Notes: a model not told the origin generated them from the sequence alone. Positions 13,401-25,722 are shown, numbered from the stretch's first letter. The stretch: 64,000 nt of DNA from Tubulanus polymorphus (GCF_964204645.1 NC_134030.1:1471355-1535354); one strand, 5' to 3'. A program made the numbers and translations.

Positions 13401-15365
13401 GACGTTCAAATAGAGGTCATTACATAATCACAGGAAGCCTTTCTACATGTTTGTCAATAATATTTTGCCAAATAGCTTGTATGTGTACACATAGACCTGT
13501 GACGTTTTGCACATCGATTTACGGTTGTCGTTTGTAAAATGACGCTGAATGGTTAACATTGTTCAGGTTTCATAATAGTAACGTTTTATAAGGCGTCAAA
13601 ATGACTTTAAAGAGGTCCATGCGGGAACGTAAATCGCGACTCTGTGTAGGCGGCCATGTTACATAGTTCACGTGATGAAATACTGAAATCTGATTGGATC
13701 CGTAGATTCCGCGGAAAATGGCGGACGGGCAAAACCTGTCCCATATTGAATGGCACAGGCAACCAGTCTAGTTTTCTAAACGATGTATTTATTACTCGCG
13801 TACCACAATATTTATTACTCGCGTACCACAGTCGGACAATCGACCTATGTACGATCTCCACCGTCGCGTGCTGCCTTTACATAAACAATAAGCGGTAAAT
13901 CTGTGAACTAATTTCTAACCTCACTTGCCACAGTAAGACACCGATCGGCAGCCGACGAAGTTAATCCCAGTCCAGTGACTAAATCGCAAATTTAGCACCA
14001 GAGGCTGAAAGTTGTTGGGAATGCGTGGCTGTAAATCATAAATAAAATATATATTAAACTAAAAGTATGTGTTTATGTTGATGGTTGAGTTTTTGTCAAG
14101 GTGTGGAATGCGCGTTTGTGCCGATCATACAGCAACTTATGATTGTTTGTACATCAGCCAGAACCCAGGTCCACTCATTAGGATCCAGTTCCACAGATCA
14201 GGATCCAGCTCCTAGGATCCAGTTCCACAGATCAGGATCCAGCTCACAGAATCCAGTTGCATATAGTTTGATCCAAGGTTAGACTTAGTGATATGTTCAT
14301 TTCCACAGTGTTAGTCTTGACTTTAATTTTGAGCATACAAAAACATCTCGATTCAACGGACGGCTAATTACGATTCAAGAGAGGCTTCTAGGTATAATGT
14401 GAACAAATGTTTTAAATGAAGTTAAATGATTTAATGTAGATAGTTTAAAGTCGGTGAGCCTCTGATTTTAATCTATACATGTTCACGGATTTGTCCCATT
14501 ATAACCTATTTCTTATAATCACAGGTCAGCGGTCGCCATTGTGTCCGGATTCAGGTTGAATTTTGATCGACTTTTTTCACAATGGAATCGGTGCGCATTC
14601 CTTTACCGGATATCGATCGTATGGTATTGTTATAGATAATCGCTTGGATGGACCGCAACTCTTCCGATCCATTTTACCTGACCAGCACCTTCCTTTCGAC
14701 CACTGGACACCAGACAGCAAACACCTCCTGTGAAAATTCTCCCGGAACCCGAACGTGTTTGGTAAGTGTTAACATTTGACATAACCATTAGAAATTTATT
14801 CGTAAGAAACTTTATGAACTTGTTTCATTTCCGCTTATGTTTTCCGCACCCAGTTGAACAGTTGATTTTGACTCTTTAAAAGTTAAATTTTTTGACGATG
14901 AAATAAATTACTCTTACTAAACAATTCATTTCAAATGTGGCTGACTCTTGACTGGTTAAACTCAATTCGATTGACTTTAAGCCCGGGTTAATATTGATAC
15001 TGCTCTATTAAACCAGCCCCTGTTCTCAATTTTTTAGTTTTATTGCCAACAATTCGTACTTAACCGTTTTTAGCTTAATGTTCTCACAAACCCGCTAGGC
15101 CATGGTGTCAAATTTTAATTTCATTGAAGTTTGTACTGTTTAATACATGTCATCTAAATTTTAATTTCAAAATCAAAATAGTTTGAAGTGTTCAATGTGT
15201 TGTCCTCTTTTGTAGGATAGCGAAAACACACTGTTGGAAATAACTGAAGTCTGAACAAATCGTTGAGAAGCGCAATTCTTTTTGGTGAGTAAGTATATAT
15301 CGCTTTCTTTCATCATTTTCATTCTTTTACAACTCCCAGTCTTAAATGTATCAATCAGTTTCCCT

Positions 15366-15485
15366 CAGGCCAGGTACCCATCTTGGGTGGAGCAGGGAGG
15401 TCACCTCCCTGAGTGTCGTGCGGAATTCGAACACGCGAGTTGGCTTCCCAGATTCGAACGCGACAACCACGGCTCGCCCACCGCT
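15366..15485 (-). mobile_element. tRNA-derived SINE remnant
   Basis: On -: B-box-like GTTCGAATTCC followed by ccacccaagatgggtacctg, a SINE-core-like motif; no full cloverleaf. Confidence 0.45.
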
Positions 15486-16009
15486 GTTAAATCTTTCGTA
15501 ATTTTTTAGGAGTCCTAAAACCGTTTTTAGTCTGAAAAAATTGTATTCAAAACTTCTTAAAAAACTATTTACTTATTGAGATAATGCGCAAATTCATTTC
15601 TGAAATCCCTTTGGAATCGAACCGGGTGACACTGATTTATCTCATCGCCATATCTGCGGCGAAAAAACCGATATGCGCGAGCAGTTCAGAACGACGGGGA
15701 ATCCCCGTAACGTTCTCCGCAGCAAAGCCACGTGACGACTAACTTGTACGTGCGTGCTCCGTATTAGTGAAGACACTGTTACTGGGGTCATCATTCTAAA
15801 ACAAGGTTATTCACGAGATGCTGGTTCAGAGATCGCCGCCAGTACTCTTAGACTAGTTGATGTCACACTCTAGAGGAGCGAGATTTATAAAATAGATACC
15901 GCGCTCTTTGAATTGATGTCAGTAGTCTTTAGATCTCTCAAACCGGCTGAGTAACTTTTGAATTTTATGTTTTCTAGCATTTGCTGGTGAGTCATCGATC
16001 CACACCGGG

Positions 16010-16286
16010 GACCGCACCTAGGAGCAGCAAGTAGGAGCAGCCACAGGGACCACACCTAGGAGCAGCCACACCTAGGAGCAGCAAGTAGGAGCAGCCGCAC
16101 CTAGGAGCAGCAAGTAGGAGCAGCCGCACCAAGGAGCAGCCACAGGGACCACACCTAGGAGCAGCCACAGGGACCACACCTAGGAGCAGCCACAGGGACC
16201 ACACCTAGGAGCAGCCACAGGGACCACACCTAGGAGCAGCCACACCTAGGAGCAGCCACAGGGACCACACCTAGGAGCAGCCACAG
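16010..16286. repeat. 25-bp-based tandem repeat
   Basis: ggagcagccacagggaccacaccta and shorter variants. Confidence 0.9.
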
Positions 16287-17151
16287 GAGGGACTGACCTG
16301 AATTGGGAATCACTGAATTGGAAAGATAAGTAGAGATATATTTATTATTAAACTACAATATTTTTGGAGTACAGGTCTTGAGATGTTTTCAAACTTCCCA
16401 TCATCTCTTCAGGTGTTTCTGTTGTAGTATGTGGTTATTTTTCTGTTCAGGTGTCGCCCCCATATTTTTCTGATTGCTAGCAAAAAACAGGGTTAAATTG
16501 CTGTATCAAGCATATTACGATGTTAGATTAATTTGTTCTTGTTGTTCAGGCGTTTCTGCAGTTTTTGAATGTTTTAATGTAAAGTCCATCACCGATTTAC
16601 ACACCGCATTCAGGTATTCTCTATCGTGATAAATTGTGAATCAAAAACTTACATATTTAGACTTAATTAGAAATTCATTGGTTCAAAAGGTTTTCATTTA
16701 TAAAAAAATGTTAAAATTGATTGAAAATAATAACATTGTTGTAATGGGAGTGATTTTTCGACCCTAATTAACATCGAAAAAGTTAAACAGAAAATTTAGA
16801 AAAAAATAATGAAATAAATAATAAAATAGATAAGTAAATCTAGTCCTGCTTTCACAAAAAAGTTTTGTTCAGACTTTTTGGGAAACTGGATATATATATA
16901 TATAACTTATATTTATTTTAATCATCAGGTATAATATAGCAATTGACTTGAAATGAATATCATACTAGTATTTATAAACATACAAATCTTCATTAACAAA
17001 CTAGGGCAAAACATCCCAAAAACGTTAGTTAAAGATATATCATAATTCATTTACTCATTTCAAAATGAGATTTACCATATTTACATATATCATATCATAT
17101 ATCGTTATCTCAATTTTTATGGTTATTCAACTACCTCAATTCTGGGATTTA

Positions 17152-17670
17152 TTAAATAGCAACAATTGTGCAAAATCTTAGTATTTTCACTGGTGTCACT
17201 TTCTTCTTTTTGCCGCTGCTTTTATTTAAAGAAAACACGTTGGCCTTCGTCAATTTGATAAAAATAATTGTCTTATTTGGAAAGAAATTCTTGGATTCAG
17301 AAAATATAGCACTTGTATCTGAATTCTTGGAAATATTCATTGAATCATCAATCGAAGTGACAAAAATTTGACAAAAAATACTTTTAGTGGATAAATGGTG
17401 GTTGTAAGCGGGATTGTTAGACGGAGAGGGGAGATAGAGGAACCGCTCGTCTTTTCTTCTGATGCTGTCCTGTCTTGCATTCTGTGACGCAGATTGTAGT
17501 TGGATAAACACAGCTGATATCTCATTATCATCGTAATTGAAATGTATGTTGTACCTCTGAATCTGCATTATTTTTGGCGGCCGAGGTCCACTTGTTCCCT
17601 CACTACAACTGCTGTCCGATCCTTTTCTCTTTCTCGAGGTTTTGGAATTAATATTAAAAGTTCCGTCCAT
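17152..17670 (-). CDS. 172-aa ORF of unknown status (possible terminal exon of a diverged paralog)
   Basis: Longest non-repeat ORF in the window; RKRK and KKKK clusters; same strand as and downstream of the exon 7/8 fragment; no recognisable domain. Confidence 0.25.
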   Translation of the reverse strand: MDGTFNINSKTSRKRKGSDSSCSEGTSGPRPPKIMQIQRYNIHFNYDDNEISAVFIQLQSASQNARQDSIRRKDERFLYLPSPSNNPAYNHHLSTKSIFCQIFVTSIDDSMNISKNSDTSAIFSESKNFFPNKTIIFIKLTKANVFSLNKSSGKKKKVTPVKILRFCTIVAI

Positions 17671-18136
17671 CAGCTCTTAGCCGTTGAGAAGTACTGCGTG
17701 AAAATGAGCAAAACTAGTAATCATAGCTTGACCTGGTTTCTCAATGATGATGTCACTGGGAAAGCCTTTTGGAATAGTTGAAAGGCTTGATGTTAATACT
17801 TGATCTGGATGGGTCCGCGCCCCTTCTATAGTGTCAAAAATATATAAATTGTGAAATTTTCCAATTTGGATGCTGTTCTGGGAAATGAAAGGATAATTTC
17901 ACTCTGTTTTTATCATTTGGTTTTAACGGATAATTCTTGCTGGAAACTACCGTCTTGTGTCTAAACACTCGATATATCGATTTCACTTGTGTGTGTGTCA
18001 TTAGCATGTGTTGCTTGAAATGTGACTTTTGCTCAAACTATTGACAGCATATTACAGTTTGATTCATTATTATCACCAGTAGTCATTGCACGCTTTAATC
18101 TAACATTGCTAAGGTAATTTTAGGTAATTGCCCTCC

Positions 18137-18670
18137 CATTCTATCTGGTGTGCAGCTATCTGATAGGCCGCTGCTGAGGCGTATTAATCCGATTTTGGGG
18201 AAAGGCAGCAGCGGGCGACATAGGATTAACCGGTGGTGGTATCCTATCGGGAACCAAGTTTCTTTTGAATTCCCCCACCAAGTCCCCAAACGGGCAGTCT
18301 TGTAAAATGATCATCACTGTAAAATAAAAATAGAGAGAAATACATTAAACAACAAGTCGAATGGTTTCGATGCTACGGTTAAGAATTCTGGTACTCGGCG
18401 AGGTTAAACATTCATTTCTTAAACTTTACAATCGATTGTCACATTGATGGCGCCATCTATCCTTTCTAAAAACAACTATAGGATTTCAATTGCACAATGT
18501 TAATACTAGGGAACAACAGTTATTATTAGATTTTGATTATCAGTGACACACGTCACACTAAATGATATTGTATGAAAATAGTTAAACTACTTACACTTCG
18601 GTAGAAATAAACGTACAAACTCCTCCCGCCGGAACGCACGACGAATTCTAAAAGCAAGTGTTCCTGCTTG
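18137..18670 (-). pseudogene. Paralog fragment: exon 6 end fused to exon 7, short intron, exon 8 with premature stop
   Basis: 18670-18595 reads QAGTLAFRIRRAFRREEFVRLFLPK then gtaagt; from 18316 it reads MIILQDCPFGDLVGEFKRNLVPDRIPPPVNPMSPAAAFPQNRINTPQQRPIR-stop. Confidence 0.85.
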
Positions 18671-19834
18671 ACAAAACTAGTTTGAATAAGAGCTGTTTGT
18701 TTTAATGAGATGAACTGAATCAATAGAATTATGTAACTGAACCTAAGTGTGTCCAGTTCCCAAATAAGGATTTGTGTTTTTCTAACCCATTTACGTAAGA
18801 TATCAACAGACAGGGTTCATTCAGAGGTCAATCCTAAATGTCCCTCCCTTGAGAAGAATGACATTTCAGGTCATCAAAAGATAAAAATTCATTTAAAATC
18901 TGAATCTTTGGCTTTTCTATAAACAGATTGCAGATTGCATTGGCTTGAAACCTGCTTTTGGCATCTAGAAAAATAAGTAAAAATCATTTGAAAATACATT
19001 TTATAATCGAGTCCGTCAAACAGTTCAATACTTTCTTACACTTATTCTTAACAAAGTATGAATAAATTAGCATGAAAACAGTACATTTGTAATTGCAGCA
19101 GCTTAGCCGCTTGAAGTCGAAGGGTCTGCCCCCCCCCCCCCGTGTTTTTCTCTGAGCTTTCGGCATCTAGTAAGATAACTATGATATAATGATATTAATA
19201 GAAAAATTTAAAGTAAAAGTATTGAATAAATTGAAGATACATCATATAATCGAGGCAGTCAAACAGTTCAGTACTTTCTTACAACTATTCTTAATCATGA
19301 ATAAATTAGCATGGAAACAGTAAATGTGTACTTACAGTAGCATACGGGCTGGAACTTGAGGGGCCCGCGGCCCAGGTTTTTCTAATTGCTTTAGGCATTG
19401 TTGTAATGCATGGTATGAATAATTAGCATGGAAGCAGTACATTTGTAATTGCAGCAGCTTATGGGCTGGAGGTCGGGCTGGAAGTCGAAGCTTCTGCGCC
19501 CCCTGTTTTTCTCTGAGCTTTCGGCATCTAGTAAAATAACTATGATATAATGATATTAATAGAAAAATTTAAAGTAAAAGTATTAAATAAATTGAAGATA
19601 CATCATATAATCGAGGCAGTCAAACAGTTCAGTACTTTCTTACAACTATTCTTAAGCATGGTATGAATGAATAAGCATGGAAGCAGTAAATTTGTACTTA
19701 CATTAGCGTATGGGCTTGACGTACTCGGACCTGCGCCCCGGGTTTTTTTTATGGCTTTAGGCATTTTCTGAAAAACAAGTAAAAATATTAAATCATTTGA
19801 AAATATATCAGTCAGTCTTATTCTGGTTCAGTGA

Positions 19835-20109
19835 ACTAATTCTTTATATGGTGCATGTAGGGGTCCAGGAACACCACATCCACTAATTCTCTATATGGTG
19901 CATGTAGGGGTCCAGGGACACCACATCCACTAATTCTCTATATGGTGCATGTAGGGGTCCAGGAACACCACATCCACTAATTCTCTATATGATGCATGTA
20001 GGGGTCCAGGGACACCACATCGACTAATTCTCTATATGGTGCATGTAGGGGTCCAGGGACACCATATCCACTAATTCTCTATATGGTGCATGTAGGGGTC
20101 CAGGGACAC
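19835..20109. repeat. 47-bp satellite array 1 (about 6 copies)
   Basis: Unit actaattctctatatggtgcatgtaggggtccagggacaccacatcc. Confidence 0.97.
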
Positions 20110-20318
20110 GTATTGTTAAAAAGAGGCAGTTTAACGTCGTACCACAGGACAAACAGATAAAAATCGCTGATAAAATGTATTGATAAAACGTATTGTTAAA
20201 AAGAGGCAGTTTAACGTCATACCACAGGACAAACAGATAAAAAATCACTGATAAAATGTATGGATAAAACGTATTGTTAAAAAGAGGCAGTTTAACGTCG
20301 TACCACAGGACAAACAGA
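20108..20318. repeat. 80-81-bp tandem repeat (about 2.6 copies)
   Basis: acgtattgttaaaaagaggcagtttaacgtcgtaccacaggacaaacag at 20108, 20188 and 20269. Confidence 0.9.
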
Positions 20319-21164
20319 GTGCAATAATCAATGATTTTAATCCAAATAAGATCTTTTTAGTTGTGACTGTTTGAATTGAGAGGCGGCGATCTCGCTAGTG
20401 AGCCAAAAGACGGACACTTGAAATGAAAATAATATAAATAGTCAATTTCATTCGACATTTTTATTATGACGTTCATTAATTAAAAAATTAGCATGAAAGC
20501 AAAGAATTTATAATTACAGGAGCATATGGGCTTGATGTTGAGGGACGCCCTTGTCCGCTGGGTGTCTTTTTCGTGGCTTTTGATATCTAAAAAATTAGTA
20601 ATAATATTGAATAAATTGAAAATATATCATATATCGAGCCAGTCAAACAGTTCAGTACTTTCTAACAACTATTCTTAATCATGAATAAATTGAAAATATA
20701 TCATATATCGAGCCAGTCAAACAGTTCAGTACTTTCTAACAACTATTCTTAATCATGAATAAATTAGCATGGAAACAGTAAATTTGTACTAACAGTAGGA
20801 TACGGGCTTGATGTTGAGGGCCCGCACCCCACGTTTTTTTCACTGCTTTCGGCATTATCTAGAAAAATAAGTAAAACTATAAAATCATTTGAAAATAAAT
20901 TATATATCAGATTGTCAAACGGTTCAATACTTTCTTAATCATGGTATGAATAAATTAGCATGGACGCAGTAAATTTGTACTAGCACCATCGTTTGTACTG
21001 GACGTGAGGGTGCCCTCGCTCATTGAAATTCCCTTTTGTTTACCATGAGGTAACATTTCAGATGGAGCCACTTTGACTATAATAAACGGTTGTAGTTCTA
21101 CAGTTCACTGCTTCAGGTTTTCTATTGCAATATGTCACTATTGAACAAGAAACAAGAAATCAAT

Positions 21165-21594
21165 CGAAGTTTGTCCGAACTGGTTTTTCAGTTTTTCTCC
21201 ACTCGTCTATAACGGGCTATCAATCAATATGGTCGAATGTGCAGAATGTTCCAGCTGATAAAAACTGGGTTCCAAAATAATCAGCCCTTTGCATGTGATG
21301 ATGCGAACGATCTGCCTGGGTGCACCCTGGTATAGATTTGACGATGCAGTAATGTATGACGGACATTACCTGTCAGTAGCAGAAGCAGGGTTTAATATTC
21401 TATATATATAAATTTCGGTTTCAAGCTCAAGAATGATGACTTCAAACAGGCGTTTACGATAACTTACTTCAATTCAGGACATGGAAATGTTAAAACGTCG
21501 TTTTTGTTGTTGTTGTTGTTTTTCAGTTCTTTTTGCATACGGGCTTGATGTACTTGGACACGCGCCCCGTGTTTTTTTTCATTGCTTTAGGCAT
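21165..21594 (-). pseudogene. Paralog fragment: exon 1+2 fused, followed by intron 2
   Basis: MPKAMKK/TRGACPSTSSPYAKRTEKQQQQQKRRFNISMS-stop (1-nt frameshift), donor at 21467, then about 300 bp almost identical to 36634-36940. Confidence 0.85.
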
Positions 21595-21665
21595 AATCTA
21601 GAAAAACAAGTAAAAATATTTAATCATTTGAAAATATATCAGTCAGTCTTATTCTGGTTCAGTGA

Positions 21666-22514
21666 ACTAATTCTCTATATGATGCATGTAGGGGTCCAGG
21701 GACACCACATCCACTAATTCTCTATATGGTGCATGTAGGGGTCCAGGAACACCACATCCACTAATTCTCTATATGGTGCATGTAGGGGTCCAGGGACACC
21801 AAATCCACTAATTCTCTATATGGTGCATGTAGGGGTCCAGGGACACCACATCCACTAATTCTCTATATGGTGCATGTAGGGGTCCAGGGACACCACATCC
21901 ACTAATTCTCTATATGGTGCATGTAGGGGTCCAGGGACACCACATCCACTAATTCTCTATATGGTGCATGTAGGGGTCCAGGGACACCACATCCACTAAT
22001 TCTCTATATGGTGCATGTAGGGGTCCAGGGACACCACATCCACTAATTCTCTATACGATGCATGTAGGGGTCCAGGGACACCACATCCACTAATTCTCTA
22101 TATGGTGCATGTAGGGGTCCAGGGACACCACATCCACTAATTCTCTATACGATGCATGTAGGGGTCCAGGGACACCACATCCACTAATTCTCTATATGGT
22201 GCATGTAGGGGTCCAGGGACACCACATCCACTAATTCTCTATATGGTGCATGTAGGGGTCCAGGGACACCACATCCACTAATTCTCTATATGGTGCATGT
22301 AGGGGTCCAGGGACACCACATCTACTAATTCTCTATACGATGCATGTAGGGGTCCAGGGACACCACATCCACTAATTCTCTATATGGTGCATGTAGGGGT
22401 CCAGGGACACCACATCTACTAATTCTCTATACGATGCATGTAGGGGTCCAGGGACACCACATCCACTAATTCTCTATATGGTGCATGTAGGGGTCCAGGG
22501 ACACCACATCCACT
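21666..22514. repeat. 47-bp satellite array 2 (about 18 copies)
   Basis: Same unit, near-identical copies. Confidence 0.97.
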
Positions 22515-22706
22515 TAGTTGTTGGGCCCGGGCGCTTTCACCCTTCTTGCTGAAAATCAACTGATATCCTGAATTCTGACTAATTACAGATTGAAAACTGT
22601 GATTCACAAGTGCATAATCAATTATTTCAATCCAAATAAGATTTTCTTAGCTACAGTTTAAATCATCTTAGTTTAATGAAATATGAAAACAAATAAAGAT
22701 TCTTAC

Positions 22707-23710
22707 CTCCGTCAGATCTCCTTAAACACCCGCCCACGGACTCTTTCTGACCATCTTTTGGCACCCGGGGGCGGCTGTCTGACAGGCCGCTGCTGAGGCG
22801 AATTCATTTGGCGTGGGGGAGGGGCAGCAGCGGGCGACAAAGGATTAAGCGGTGGTGGTATCCTATCGGGAACCAAGTTTCTTTTAAACTCCCTCACCAA
22901 GTCCCCAAATGGGCAGTCGTCTAAAATGTTGATCACTGTAAAATAGAAATAGAGAGAAATACATTAAACAACAAGTCAAATGGTTTTGATGCTACGGCTA
23001 TGAATATTATTCCAACAGGGGGCGCCTGATGTTACTGAAGCATGATTTCAATGTAACTTCAGTAATTAAAATTATTTTTATTCAGCAGTTAAATTGCACA
23101 ATTATTCGTTATCTATGATTTCCTGATGAGATTTACTGTTTTGAGCATCCAGAGATTCCAAACTTTGTCGTTTAACCAATAATTGGTTTAACGATATCAC
23201 ACGGCACCTGCTGAACTCTTGTTACGTGTATCAGTCTTATATATAACTATAGTCCCAAGTGAGATAAAAAAAATTAATTAGTTTGAACTTGAAATAGATA
23301 TCGCTGTTGTGCTGGATTGGTGAAAAAACCTGTAAAAATAAAATAAAACAAATTATTAGATGGATATTCATGAATGGAAATGACAACTGTAGAGATAGCA
23401 TCATTGATATATTACTTCTACGATGATGATACTTAATCGAATTTGAATTTATTCCTAATTAGCGTAATTTATGCAAAACAGCTACTACCCTCTATTTTCA
23501 AATTACAAATTGAAATAAGCCTGATTTATTAGAAAATAGTTATCACTTACCGGCGTAGAAACACCACTGGGTGGCGTTTTCGGTAAAAACTCAATTCCGG
23601 AAATGGAAACATCAAAAGGTTGTTGTTGTTGTTGTTGTTGTTGTGTTCTAGTAGCGTACGGGCTTGACGTTGAGGGCCCGCGCCCGGGGTTTTCTTAGAG
23701 CTTTTGGCAT
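22707..23710 (-). pseudogene. Paralog fragment: exons 1+2+3 fused, intron 3, exon 4, then exon 8
   Basis: 23710-23551 MPKALRK../..SSPYATRTQ8PFDVSISGIEFLPKTPPSGVSTP then gtaagt (2 nt short); exon-4-like at about 23330; exon 8 copy 22935-22707 is 229 nt (1-nt deletion). Confidence 0.88.
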
Positions 23711-23781
23711 TATCTAGAAAAACAAGTAAAAATATTAAATCATTTGAAAATATATCAGTCAGTCTTATTCTGGTTCAGTGA

Positions 23782-24583
23782 ACTAATTCTCTATATGGTG
23801 CATGTAGGGGTCCAGGGACACAACATCCACTAATTCTCTATATGGTGCATGTAGGGGTCCAGGGACACCACATCCACTAATTCTCTATATGGTGCATGTA
23901 GGGGTCCAGGGACACCACATCCACTAATTCTCTATATGGTGCATGTAGGGGTCCAGGGACACCACATCCACTAATTCTCTATATGGTGCATGTAGGGGTC
24001 CAGGGACACCACATCCACTAATTCTCTATATGGTGCATGTAGGGGTCCAGGGACACCACATCCACTAATTCTCTATATGGTGCATGTAGGGGTCCAGGGA
24101 CACCACATCCACTAATTCTCTATATGGTGCATGTAGGGGTCCAGGGACACCACATCCACTTATTCTCTATATGGTGCATGTAGGGGTCCAGGAACACCAC
24201 ATCCACTAATTCTCTATATGGTGCATGTAGGGGTCCAGGGACACCACATCCACTAATTCTCTATATGGTGCATGTAGGGGTCCAGGGACACGACATCCAC
24301 TAATTCTCTATATGGTGCATGTAGGGGTCCAGGGACACCACATCCACTAATTCTCTATATGGTGCATGTAGGGGTCCAGGGACACCACATCTACTAATTC
24401 TCTATACGATGCATGTAGGGGTCCAGGGACACCACATCCACTAATTCTCTATATGGTGCATGTAGGGGTCCAGGGACACCACATCCACTAATTCTCTATA
24501 CGATGCATGTAGGGGTCCAGGGACACCACATCCACTAATTCTCTATATGGTGCATGTAGGGGTCCAGGGACACCACATCCACT
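23782..24583. repeat. 47-bp satellite array 3 (about 17 copies)
   Basis: Same unit. Confidence 0.97.
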
Positions 24584-25125
24584 TAGTTGTTGGGCCCGGG
24601 CGCTTTCACCCTTCTTGCTGAAAATCAACTGATATCCTGAATTCTGACTAATTACAGATTGAAAACTGTGATTCACAAGTGCAATAATCAATGATTTCAA
24701 TCCAAATAAGATTTTCTTAGCTACAGTTTAATCATTACCAAGTGGAGCTAGGAGCTGATCTAATGTGTTTTTCATCAGCTAATCATTCATATTTAGGCCT
24801 CTATCTAATACATCTGTATGATACTTACGATGATTTTAAACGAATCTGACTGTCCAATACGACGTCTGTGAAACGAATGATTCGATCAGCTGACCGCTGG
24901 TCACTGTTCAGTAGTGTTCGCTATAAAAGAGAAAACATATTCATACAATGACAACCAATTCATGATAATAATAGAAAAACTATCAGATTAAGAAATAAAG
25001 AATATCATCATATCAAATAAATTGAAAATCCATCATATATCGTGCCACAGTTCAGTACTTTCCTTACAACTATCCTTAATCATGGTATGAATCAATTAGC
25101 ATGAAAGCAGTAAATTTGTACTTAC

Positions 25126-25510
25126 AGCAGCATACGGGCTTGATGTTGAGGGGCCCGCGCCCCGTGTTTTTTTCATAGCTTTTGGCATAATTCGTAATGT
25201 GGATGGGCTGGCGTCCCATGTTTTTTGTTTGCTTTTAGCATACTTGAATGGTTAATGCTTAACATCTCTCCCAGATTGTATTGGCTTGAAACCTTCTTTT
25301 GGTATCTAGAAAAATATGTATAACTATTTAATCATTTGAAAATACATTTTATGATTAGTCAGTCATACAGTTCAGTACTTTCTTACACTTATTCTTAAGC
25401 ATAGTATGAATAAATTAGCATGAAAAGAGTAAATTTGTAGTTAGCAGCATACGGGCTGGGAGTAGAGGGGCCGGCGCCCCACATTTTTTCATGGCTTTTG
25501 GCATTGTTTT
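25126..25510 (-). pseudogene. Cluster of four exon-1-like cassettes
   Basis: 25188-25126 is intact (MPKAMKKTRGAGPSTSSPYAA then gtaagt); degenerate copies near 25240, 25305 and 25504. Confidence 0.8.
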
Positions 25511-25519
25511 CTTTGTTTG

Positions 25520-25722
25520 TGGCAGCAACTATGGGTCGGTCTGTCTTGAGTTTGTTGGTTGTTGCAGCAGCTATGGGTCTGTCTTGAGTTTGTTGATTGT
25601 TGCAGCAGCTGGGTCAGTCTTGAGTTTGTTGGTTGTTTCAGCAGCTATGGGTCAGTCTTGAGTTTGTTGGTTGTTTCAGCAGCAGCAGCTATGGGTCAGT
25701 CTTGAGTTTGTTGGTTGTCTTG
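25520..25722. repeat. Tandem repeat of about 37 bp (about 5 copies)
   Basis: gcagctatgggtcagtcttgagtttgttggttgtttca. Confidence 0.9.

Larger units (their letters stand above)
18930..21050 (-). pseudogene. Array of 7-8 exon-1-like cassettes (MPKA..SPY)
   Basis: ATG or equivalent at about 18964, 19166, 19398, 19527, 19764, 20585 and 20855. 19336-19398 (MPKAIRKTWAAGPSSSSPYAT) and 19702-19764 (MPKAIKKTRGAGPSTSSPYAN) are intact 63-nt units ending in gtaagt; the others are frameshifted or stopped. Confidence 0.85.

Noticed and set aside
15400-15485. tRNA gene
   Set aside because: Only a B-box-like motif with no cloverleaf; better explained as a SINE head
21666-24583. CRISPR-like appearance of the 47-bp arrays (also the 63- and 53-bp arrays)
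   Set aside because: Head-to-tail units with no unique spacers, no cas genes, eukaryotic context
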